NCBI GenBank assembly: GCA_964016885.1
Contig: OZ024741.1
Coordinates: forward strand, 361,460,001-361,524,000
Direction: 5' to 3'
DNA: 64,000 nucleotides
Source: Eledone cirrhosa
Lineage: Eukaryota
The position numbers and the translations under genes were made by a program. Under the pieces are notes generated by a model that saw only the letters and a list, made by a program, of their open reading frames with translations, searched no databases and was not told the origin of the DNA. How positions within the stretch are numbered: the first letter of the stretch is position 1; the number at the start of each line of letters is the position of its first letter. Below, piece after piece: positions 14,388 to 25,191 of this stretch.

Positions 14388-14390
<3 letters not shown>
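13938..14390 (-). mobile_element. 5'-truncated RTE LINE copy
   Basis: Matches 28335-28755 (WRYAVIQKTRLA + 3' UTR); (CAT)n tail; both ends lie in (TA)n. Confidence 0.92.
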
Positions 14391-14428
<38 letters not shown>

Positions 14429-14502
14429 TATATATATATAGGTAGAACACTGGAAGGTAATATCCGTTGTGGTAGAGCACTCAGTCCATGGGACGAGTTA
14501 GG

Positions 14503-14651
14503 TAGAAGTGGTAACACAACAGTTAGTTCACCATACCGAGAACAATTGTTTCACCTTAGCGGTATAACCATGTCCATTACGAGCTGAAGATCAGCTAAGG
14601 TGAAATAATTGTTCTCGGTATGGTGAACTAACTGTTGTGTTAACACTTCTA
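14503..14651. repeat. 58-bp inverted repeat enclosing a hammerhead motif (+, 14574-14623)
   Basis: Arms 14503-14560 / 14594-14651; CCAT-TA-CGAG-CTGAAGA..GAAATAATTGTT-CTCG-GT-ATGG; the left arm preserves the palindromic stem III ACAATTGT. Confidence 0.75.
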
Positions 14652-14751
14652 TATATATATATATGTATATAAAAGGTAAACAGAAATAACAACACAATTG
14701 GTACAGTATTTGGAAGGGATATATTAGGTTAACACTTGATATAGCAGGAAG

Positions 14752-14790
14752 AGGGTCTTAATTTTTCGGACGCTAGACCGTCATCAGAAA
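14752..14790 (-). ncRNA. Minimal/degenerate hammerhead motif
   Basis: Minus strand: CTGATGA-C-GG-TCTAGCGT-CC-GAAA; lies between (TA)n tracts. Confidence 0.5.
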
Positions 14791-14797
14791 TATATAT

Positions 14798-15175
14798 ATC
14801 ATCATCATCATCATTTTATGTCCACTTTTCCCTGCTTGCACGGGAACTGATTCTGGCTTGATTTCTACAGCTGGATGCCCTTCCTAACACCAACCTCATT
14901 TACAGTCAGTGCTGGGTGCTTTTTTTCCGTGGCGCCTACATGTCCACTTACAGTGTGGGCTGGGTGCTTTTTTGCCATGGCACCTCCACGACCACTTTGC
15001 AGTGGAATGATATGGACTCCAGTCCCTATCATCTCATTTCTACAGCTGAGTAAACTGGAGCAATGTGAAATAAAGTGTCTTACTCAAGGAAACAACACAT
15101 CACTCAGTCTGAGAATTGAACTCACAACCTTTCGATTGCAAGGCCAATGTTCTAACCACTAAGCCATGTGGCTCC
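14798..15175 (-). mobile_element. Composite SINE: tRNA-like head + conserved core + RTE-derived 3' tail
   Basis: Minus strand starts GGAGCCACATGGCTTAGTGGTTAG (A box) ... GAGTTCAATTC (B box); its 3' part matches the RTE 3' UTR (ggatgcccttcctaacaccaacc) and ends in (GAT)n. Confidence 0.8.
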
Positions 15176-15206
15176 ATACATATAGATATACTCACACACA
15201 CACACG

Positions 15207-15319
<113 letters not shown>

Positions 15320-15332
15320 GTGTGTATATATA

Positions 15333-16328
15333 CTAGTTAAGGTACCCAGCTTTGCCCGGGTGAACAGTTGATAAGAGAAGGCAGGTAGAAAAGAAAACGA
15401 CTGTATTGGATATTCTACCTTGAAAAGTCCTATGTGCTCGTGTTTGCATTGCCTCTTGGTGATTTTCATATTCAACTTCCACTTGTTGTGCTTGTCTTTC
15501 ATCTTGCCTTAATCTTTCTGTTTCCTGTCTCAGGTTCTGTTCACTTTCAGAAAGTTGCGACCGTCTTTCTTGTTGTCTTAATCTTTGTTCTGCTGAATGT
15601 CACAATGTTGACTTGTCCCTTTATTCCCAAGTCTTTTTTTTTATATTGTTCATGAGTTTCTCTTTCACTTGAAGATTTCAACTGTTTGGCAGACATAGAA
15701 ATTCCCCCGATAGATGAACTGTGTTTTGGTGACATGATGAAATTAATTTTCTTGGAAAATATCAGGGGAAAATAGAAATAAATGCAAATAGCAGCCTTGG
15801 AGAATAGGTTGACACTCTATCATCTGAATTAGGTCAATAATAGCATATGACACTATCCTCAAAAAGCTAAATTAATATACACCATAGATTAATTTCAAAT
15901 AGTATCAATTTCTTGGGTTCTGTATAATCAAACACTGGTGAAAACAACTTTATGAAAGCTAACGCAATATTGTTAAACCCTCAACTAATACTTTGATCTA
16001 TAGTTTAAGATGATTCTAGACTTTTGTGGGATGTCATCCACACACATCTTCACTGACGCACATACAGCATCTCCCTTTCACTTTCTCTGCTAATAGTTAC
16101 TTTCTTCCCCCTCTTTAAGGCTACAATAGCATAGTGTCGTCTCACAGTTACACACACACAGCCTCTCTCTCCCACCATCTGAATATCTAACACTTTAATA
16201 GTATCTCTCTCTGTCAAATGGCCTATCTCTCTCTCTCTGCCCCTCTCTTTAGATGTGTGTCTGTGTGTAGTTTTTGTGTGATTAAACCAACCAGCCAAGA
16301 AACAGAAACTTTTCTCTTTTAAATTATA

Positions 16329-16330
<2 letters not shown>
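15333..16330 (-). mobile_element. Non-autonomous Helitron with a decayed coding remnant
   Basis: Minus-strand 3' end: CCCGGGCAAAGCTGGG hairpin, then CTAG|T; 5' end merges into (TA)n; internal frameshifted ORF MSPKHSSSIGG..ETHEQYKK resembles Rep/Hel N-termini. Confidence 0.65.
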
Positions 16331-16363
<33 letters not shown>

Positions 16364-16365
<2 letters not shown>

Positions 16366-16750
16366 GCAAAAGGGATATTTAATTTGTTGGTAATTCACAA
16401 CAAATATATATATTTATAACTGATTCGAAGCACTTGACAGGTTTTCTGGAGTATAATATCGATGATATTAATAAATGGAAACTGTATTTATAAAACCATA
16501 TTTTTTCTACTATATATATTTCAAGAGTACCAAAACTTTGGTACGCTCTCATCAGATAAAATACAAAGTTTGTTTTATAAACTATCCAAGAAAAACTTGA
16601 ACCGCTAAGATCTCCTTCCTGGATATGTCAATATTTATAAAACAATAAAACAAACTTTGTATTTTATCTGATGAGAGTGTACCAAAGTTTTAGTACCCTT
16701 GAAATATATATAATAGAATAAATATGGTTTTATAAATAGTTTCCATTTAC
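16364..16750. mobile_element. Hammerhead-bearing short element with internal inverted duplication (HHR on both strands: 16503-16563 minus, 16660-16720 plus)
   Basis: TATTTTAT-CTGATGA-GAG..GTAC..GTAC..CTT-GAAATATATATA-ATAGAATA; arms 16472-16580 / 16634-16750; homologous to 20143-20375. Confidence 0.8.
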
Positions 16751-17540
16751 ATATATATATATACACACACACACATATATATGTGTGGACGTAAAATGGT
16801 GATAATGATGATATTATATATATATTATATATTACATTCAAAGTTATAGATGTTATGTTTAAGATAATCTCAAACATGCATCTTGTCTTCCAAAGTAAGA
16901 TCAAAGAAAAAATTCAAAGAATAGATCCAAGCATTTAATCATTACAAAATAGTGAATGAGATATATACATACATAAATATCTAATATATATATATTTGTG
17001 CGTGTGTGTGTGTGTGTGTTTCTTATAAAGCGTCCCAAACTATAATAATCCCCGCAAAGACAGCTGATAAGCGGGCATTATTCATGTGCTTATATCTTCC
17101 ACGTTCTCTGTTTCTTATATTTATATTTTCTCTCTCTCTGCACTCACTTCACTGAGAATAGACACGGATCTACCTAGCTCCTCTGTTATTATGGCTTAAA
17201 CCCAACTGCTTTTTTTAACTTGATCTAATTTCTCTTCGGTTACTCACTTACACGTGCCATAGTCCTGTGTTCCCCTTTCTATTGGTATGTTTACTTCTTT
17301 TTTTTTCTTTTTTTCTTCTCCCCTTTTTTCTTTCTTTCTCTTCGCTATCACTTCTTTCCCTCATGGCTTTTTGATAGATAAAAAGCTATAGGTGCGTTAT
17401 GGATAGGTGTTCTGTTTATAATGTGCCAAAACATCCATGATCCATAGTAAACAGCTGACGAAGGGAAACTGTCCCTCTCTTGTTTGAGTCGCCTTACCTT
17501 CTAACACTCGATATCAGTAACCACACAACCTTGCCTTCTT

Positions 17541-17914
17541 CAATCCATATTTTTGTGTACATATATATATATATATGCGTATGTGTGTTATGTATTTCCG
17601 TAGAAAGGGTAAAGGAAAGAAGAGTGCTCTATGTACAGTACAGAGCTATTTAATTATATAATAAACAACACAATATAATTATTCCATTACCTAAGGTTTC
17701 ATGAAATTAGATAATTCTAACGGGGACGATTCTGTTAGAATTATCTAATTTCATGAAACCTTAGGTAATGGAATAATTATATTGTGTTGTTTATTATATA
17801 ATTAAATAGCTCTGTACTGTACATAGAGCACTCTTCTTTCCTTTACCCTTTCTACGGAAATACATAACACACACACGCATATATATATATATATGTACAC
17901 AAAAATATGGATTG
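17541..17914. repeat. ~181-bp near-perfect palindrome with 12-bp spacer, derived from the 6660-6752 hammerhead family
   Basis: Arms 17541-17721 / 17734-17914; the inner parts align with 6660-6730 (GAAACCTTAGGTAATGGAAT half of the ribozyme). Confidence 0.92.
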
Positions 17915-18944
17915 CTACTACAATATATGTGTGTACGCATGAGATACCGCGTATGCATTTATATAGTGTGCTCAAAATATGATTCAATATAGACATGAGT
18001 AAACGAATTATATAGATAGACATCTGTAGGGAAAAAATAATAGAGAAAACAACAAAACAAGGTCGACATGACGGACGATTGGGGGGAGGGGGTGTAGAGT
18101 TGCAAGTTCTCGTACGTACTGTATTCTCGCGACACTAAGTAACGGTAACTGCTGAAGAAGACTGAAGACGTCTTCCCAGTTTATTTGCTCTTTAGATACT
18201 AAATTGTCTTTACTCGTTGGATTTCCCGTCCATATGTGCTTATTATATAGTTTTACGTAAGTATACGCTTTATACTGCTTTTATTAACTGAAGAGAACAT
18301 CTCCATTCTCAGCTAGGAAATACATATAGGAGCTGTAAGTAACGAGAAATAGTGCTACTAGAACGAAATAGTCATATTTTCTGAGGCTTCATTTCGTTAT
18401 TAGGATTTGTTGTCGAATAATTTCGTGATCTCTTACATTTGATTTGATTTTCGTTTTTTTTATGGATGAAAGTTGAAATATTTTGTCGATTCACAAATAA
18501 TGCATATCTTATGTCCGTGTGAAAATGAATAGAACGATCTTCATATTATGTTGAATGTTGAACATTTTTACTGTTGAAGACAGCAAAGCTTTTAATACGG
18601 ATGGAATTTATGTATATATATTCCGTAACAACTCAAGTTTCTATCTGTGTTGAAAGGAAAATAATCATTATTCACATTAAAATCGGTGTAAATTGATTAA
18701 AAAGAAAAGAAAAATATAGCTGCTTTCAGAAAGTATAAGTCAATTACAGTAAAATAAGGGCGGTAGGTTGTTTCACATAGATGTACTTACACACACACAA
18801 AGCCGAAGTAAACGATCCAAATATATTTACAAATTTATTTATCAAGATCGTCTGACAGCCTTCCTTTCTGGTAGAATTAGTATGTTAATGTTCCGAAAGT
18901 ATCTTGTTAGCTGCAATATATCCTTGCAATACTTCTATCAATGA

Positions 18945-19485
18945 AACCATTTCGCCCTTCCTTCCAAAGTATGGCGTAAAAAGAACCGATGATCTATTTA
19001 TCGAAAACAAGACTTGGTTGATATTCAATTTTTGTGATAGGAATCTGGCTTTTGTTTGTCCGTCTGTCTATATTTCTTCGATAGTTATTTCACTAACTAT
19101 ATAAAACTAAAGGAATTCATTGATTATGTATGTATGTGAGTATATATACATATATTTAAGAAACACTCACTTCATTCACACACATATATATAGCACAAGT
19201 AGAAATTAACTATATGGATACACACATACATTATATATATATATGCAGATACATAGAGCTAACCATTTCGCCTTTGCTTCCAAAGTATGGCGTAAAAAGA
19301 ACCGATGATAGACTTGATCTATTTATCGAAAACAAGACTTGGTTGATATTCAATTTTTGTGATAGGAATCTGGCTTTTGTTTGTTCGTATGTCTATATTT
19401 CTTCAATAGATATTTCACGAGCTATATAAAACTTCAGGGATTCATGTATGTATGTGTATATATATATAAGAAACACTCACTTCAT
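18945..19485. repeat. Local direct duplication (~230 bp x2)
   Basis: 18945-19175 vs 19261-19485; near-identical translations TISP(F/L)LPKYGVKRTDD..; 9-bp indel. Confidence 0.9.
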
Positions 19486-20142
19486 ACATCCACATAAATT
19501 TAAACTCAATGTGTTTTGTCTTATAGATACAAATATAGATCTGTCATTTAAGAATAAAAGAAAGGGTGACATTTGTTATACACACACACATATCTATATT
19601 AATGGGTGGGTGAAGTGATTGTTGGTTGTTTTGTTTGGTTCTAATGGAAATATTTCCATGCATCTTTCTAGTTACGAGTTGTTTTATCCATAGAAGACTA
19701 ATATAATTCTGGCTATCAATTGCGCATAACATTTAGATTTAGATCTTACATGTGTATATATTCTGATAGCTGTGTATATAAAGAAATATTAGATAAACTT
19801 CGGTGAACATTTTTCAGGTACAACTTTGCCTTTCATCCTTACGAGGTCGATAAAATAAAGTACCAGTAATGTACTGGGTAATTCCTGGCCTTGTGTCTAA
19901 AGTAGAAACAATTATTTATAGAGATATAATTATGAATTATGGCAATATATTACATTTACCGGAAGATCTATATACATACGTATGTTGTTGAATATAGATA
20001 TATCAATGAATGTATGTTTGAGTGTTATGTGTGTGTATATGTATATATTCAAGTATGTGTTTACATACACATCTCCCCCGCCTCTCTCTCTCTCTCTCTC
20101 TCTCTAGAGAGAGAGATGTGTATGTAAATAAATAAATATATA

Positions 20143-20375
20143 TAAGCAAAGGGATATTTAATTTGTTGGTAATTCAACAGACTCGAAGCAATCGACAGGT
20201 TTTCTGCAGTATAATATCCAGGTGAAACTTGAACCGTTAAGGTCTCATTCCTGGATATGTCAATATTTATAAAACAAACTTTGTATTTTATCTGATGAGA
20301 GCGTACCAAAGTTTTGGTACCCTTGAAATATATATAATAGAATAAATATGGTTTTATAAATATAGTTGCCATTTA
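20143..20375 (+). mobile_element. Second copy of the 16364 element with a type I hammerhead (20284-20344)
   Basis: CTGATGA 20292-20298; stem II GAG-C-GTACCAA/TTGGTAC-C-CTT; GAAA 20325; palindromic ATATATAT stem III; AUA triplet; 8-bp stem I. Confidence 0.82.
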
Positions 20376-20876
20376 TTAATATCATATATTTATATATATA
20401 TATATATATGGTAAATTTATAGAAAAGCACCCGCTGGTGTTCGCTAAGACATTTTTTTTTTTTTTTTGTCGATTGCGAGCATGTTGATGGTCAGAACATA
20501 CTTAGAAAAACATATATATATAAACGGGTTCTTTTCTATAAATTTACTACACACATATATATAGTATGAGTATCGACGTGCATATACACATGCATTTTGT
20601 AGGGCATCCCAGACTTCACGGCGTCTGAAACAGGAATATTTTGAAACGATTACTTGACGGTCCGATTCAGTTTTCTTTTTGTGCTTGGACATTTTCAAAT
20701 CCTATAGTTTTCATAAATCGTCATGCATTGTATTTATTTTGATTAGTATTGGCATCATAAATCGTAAAGAATTTTATTGTGTAAATTGGTCCGTGAAATA
20801 TATATCTGTATATGTTTATACATGTTTGTATGTGTAAATATGTAACTAAAACACACACATATATCATATATATGTA

Positions 20877-23435
20877 TCATAATCATGGTCCATTAACCAC
20901 TTTCGGGGTCGTTGGGACACTGCAGTGCCGAATGCTGCACCATCTGTCTCCATCTCTGACTGTCATGGCTCGTGGCAAAGTTCTTCGGAATCCACTCAGC
21001 TGTTATCAACACACCGCTTCATCTGTCTGCCCCGCCTTCTCTTCTCCTGCACTGTACCTTGAAGAATCGTCTGATCTTGCCACCTGCCTAAACCACCCCA
21101 ACCTTCTCCTCTTCACTGTGGTAAGCATATCTTCAAAGTGGTACGTGCCGAGTGATTCTTTTGTGAACCCCCTCGTTCGTGATGTGTCATGAGAGGAAGA
21201 TTCCTAGGATTCTTCTCTAGAATCTCATCTCCACTGTTTGGATTTCCCATTGCATTTTAGCAGTCAAGGTCTATGACACGCTTGTGTATAGATAGATAGG
21301 AGCAACGCACGTAGGAGTTTTATTTTGCATCTGAAAGTGGTGTTCTTGTCTCTCTAGAGTGGTTTCAGTTTGGCAAGTGTTGTGGCTGTTGGAGCACTTC
21401 TTGCAAGGACCTCTGGCTTGGATCCCTCTTGACTGATGATGGCACCAAGGTACTTGAACTGCGTCAGTCTCCAGCACTTGACCACTGATTTTGATATTTT
21501 TCTTTATTGGATTTGTGTTGTTCATCATTAGCTGGATTTTTCTCGGCGCTGATCTCCATGCCGTGTCTGGTAGGTGTTACGTCTAGGTGGTTCACCAGTT
21601 CAGCGAGTTCCTCTTCACTTCCATCTAGCCCATCAATGAGATTTGGGCCATCTAGCCTACCTGAGATTTGTGACAATTTGTTCTCCTATACTGATTATGC
21701 CGGAATTGTTTCTGGGTTGTCGATCATAATACGCTCAAGGAAAATATTAAACAGTGTCAGTCAGAGGCCTATTGACATGTGGGATCAGTCCCCCATTTCA
21801 CTTTGGACAAGTACCACACTTGAGGTCTTCATGTACAGCTGTTATATGGTGTGGATGATCCTCTGACCCACAATGCATCATGCCACACTCTATAGAAGGC
21901 TTTCTTGAAATCGATGAATTGTTGGCTGTACCTCTCGCACAGAACTCTCAGATAGAAAATCTGTTCTGTGGTGCTCCTTCCTCTGCAGAAAGCCTGCTCT
22001 TCTGCAATGATTTCCTATGCTTGCGACTTCAGCCTGTTCAAGATAACATTTAGCATCACTTTGCTTGTGTGGCTGATAAGGCTGATGGTTCTATCATTTT
22101 GGCACTGTTGTAAGTTGCCTTTCTTGGGGAGTGTGATAATGAGTGACTGAGTCCAAGGTGTTGGCTATTTTCCAGTTTGTCAGATCTTGTTGCAGATTCT
22201 GGTGAAGACAACAATCACTGCCTCTCTTCCATATTTTATCAGTTCTGCTGGAATGTTGTCTGTACCAGCTGTTTTTCCAATTTTCAGTAATTTTATTGTT
22301 GTCTCCACTTCTTCGTGCAGGGCTGGGAAGTCATCCTCATTTGACAATTCCTGACTGATAAGCATACTAGGGTCTCCATGGGTCTGATGGCTGTGCAACT
22401 CTGAGCAGTACTCTGTCCATCTCTCAGTGATGTCTTTTTCTTCTGTGAGGCAGTTTCCTTGCTTGTCTTGGATGGTGCTGATTCTTGAATGTATCTGTTT
22501 TGTGAAATCTTTCACAATTTGAAAGGTCCTCTTGCTGTTCCTGTGCAAGCACTCTTTCATCTCTGTGCACTGTTTCTCTATCCATTCTTCTTTAGCCTTC
22601 ATCCCTTTCCTAATCTTCTCACTGATCACCCTTTAAACTGATGCTCCAGTTGTTTTCTTGATTTTCTTAAGATCTCTTCTTGAGTCACACATTTTAAGAA
22701 TTTCTTCTGTGACCCAAGCAGTGATTTCCAAAGATGTCATTTGCTCTCTCTGTCATCACTGTATTGAACTTTGCTGTCATCATTTCAGCATCACCTTTAA
22801 ATGTGAGCAGAACTGTAAACTTTTCAGGAAGGACTCAGCAATGATGGGATCCTTCAATCTGTCCATGTTGAATTTTAGTCTGGTGTTCTTGCACTTCTTG
22901 ATCTTCTTCAGCCTAGCTCTGAAGTTCAGCAACACCAAGTCATGGTTACTCCCTACATCTGCACATGGGAAAGTTCTTATTTTGGCTTTGCTGATTCCAG
23001 ACTGAAACCGGTTCTGCACCATAGTGTAGTTGATCTGGTGGTGTGTTCCATTGGGGCAGTGCCAGGTCAAGCACCATGTCATTGTAACTGGCAAATTCAA
23101 ACAGGCAAAGTCCTCACTCATTGATTACAGGAAGGTCTACAGAATTCCCACCAATCTTTTACTGCATCCTCGCTCACCATGGCATTCCAATCTCTCCTTT
23201 GTCAATGATGTCCCGGAGTTTTGTGTAGAACTCCTCCATCTGATCATCCTCATAGTCCATTGTTGGTGTATAGGCCTCTACCACTGTAATGTTGAATGGT
23301 GCTGTTTGATGGCAGATGGTGATAAGCTTGCTGGATACTGGGCAGTATCAGAGTTCAGAGTTCTTGATGTTCTTATTGACTAGAAAACCTACACCACGCA
23401 CACGTTTGTTGAGTTCTCCACTGTAATGGAGTTCA
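20877..23435 (-). mobile_element. Decayed RTE (Bov-B-like) LINE, APE + RT remnants
   Basis: Fragmented ORFs: HHQINY..GSNHDLV (APE), ERWTEYCSEL, GKTAGTDNIPAELIK, GMEISAEK; many stops and deletions. Confidence 0.9.
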
Positions 23436-23862
23436 ATCATAATGGTTATATGAATGTGTTCTTTGCCTATGAATGTATATATATATGAGATGTCGGTGAA
23501 AAGTGGGCCCTGACCATTATGATAGAATAACGAAACAATTATTATAAAATTAAAATTAATTTATGGTGCAACCTTGACTTTGTCCTTGCTTACTTATATA
23601 TATATATATATAGTTAATTGCTCTGGTCTTCTTTTCGTCCATTGAGCGCTTGCCGCATATCTCGAAAATTGCGTCTCACTTTGTTTTTGACCACAGCCAA
23701 AATACGATCTCGCTGAAATTATATATATATTTAGTGTTACGTAAATATCTGCTGATATTATGTGACTTTCTGAACATTGCGGATTTAATATCTGCATTTG
23801 TGAAGTTCTGTTGCACAGAAACGATATTGTCCAGGAGTTGAGATTTTTACTTTTATCTCTCT

Positions 23863-24259
23863 AAGACAATGTCACTGGATCGAGATCTTTAGTGCCATGC
23901 AGTTGTACAGAAGACCTGACTGTCCTTGCATACAAACCTACAGTTAGTAGGCACCTCTTTACCCAATGTACACTCCACCCCACACACCCTGCCCCATCCT
24001 CCCTTTTCCGTTCCGTCCACTGTGTCAATGACACAACTGTCCACACTGTAAGGTGGTCGTGTAGGAGACACGGTAAAAAGGCTCCCAGTCCACAATGTAA
24101 ATGTGGTTGGTGTTAGGAAGGGCATCCAGCTGTAAAAAACCTGCCAGAGACACTTTCATATGAGCGAGACATGGTCTCCCGACCATTCCCGCATCAAATG
24201 GAACAAAACCGTCTAACCCATGCTAACATGGAAGATGGTCATTAAGCGATGATGATGAT
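23863..24259 (+). mobile_element. RTE 3' fragment
   Basis: aagacaatgtcactgga.. matches 28311 onward; (GAT)n tail; a short atctcta-like target duplication at both ends. Confidence 0.85.
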
Positions 24260-24424
24260 CTCTACCAAAATAGAGCCACCGTAACTGCTATTAACTAAAT
24301 GTGTGCACTCTGAACACCTGGTTGCAGTTTTATTACTGCAATTCGGCATATTCATAGAGTGAGCTAGATGTTGGCCGGAGAACGTTGACTTAATAGAAGC
24401 AATCTTCGTTACTTTTATAATATA

Positions 24425-25058
24425 CTAGCAGTGGTGCCCGGTGTTGCACAAGATAAGATATTTTTGAACGCGGGCCGCCAACGGACCTAATCGTAGAAAA
24501 ACTGCATGCCTGGACAATATGTATGTAAAGAAAATAAACTGAATACTCTGATGGCTGGATAATCTTTAAGATTTTCCTCGATGAAGCAGGAAAAATGCAG
24601 GTTTTTACCTAATGCAGGCCCTAGGGGATCAAGAAAATTAATTTTTTTTATGTGCATAATATGCCTTGAAATTTTGGAAAAATCGGCTAGACGTAACGCC
24701 TCAAAAAAGTTTTTCACTTAATGCGAGTCCTAGGCCATAAAAAAGTTGGATTTTCTTTGTTCACAGTATGAAGAAGAGACTGACTAATACATAGTTACAA
24801 TTTCAAGGAAATCGGTCTGACGTAACGTCTCAAAAAACCCCCCAAAAGCTGGAAAAAAACCCAGTATTTCACCTGATGCGGGCCCTACGGGATCAAAAAG
24901 TTGAATTTGTTTATGTGCATAACACTCCCTGAAACATAAGTAATACACATGTAAAGTTTGAAAAAAATCGGTTGGGTACTTCTCGAGTTTTAGGGATTCA
25001 AATTCACAGACACATACACACACACACAGACAGACATCCTCAGTTTTATATATATAGA
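24425..25058 (-). mobile_element. Non-autonomous Helitron with canonical ends and internal repeats
   Basis: Minus strand: A|TCTATATATATAAAA ... GTGC-AACACCGG-GCAC hairpin ... CTAG|T; internal repeats such as gcgggccctacgggatcaaaaag. Confidence 0.85.
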
Positions 25059-25191
25059 TTATGTATATTTTATTCACAACATAACACAGAATTACTTGTC
25101 TCCTCTCGATCTTGTTACCTGGATATTTTCACCGCTACCACATTGTAGTGGCTTTCAAACCTCACAGTTTATATATATATGTGTGTATATA

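Noticed and set aside
17450-17490. CTGACGA-AGGGA..TCCCT hammerhead-like start
   Set aside because: No GAAA or stem III follows; at most a truncated remnant.
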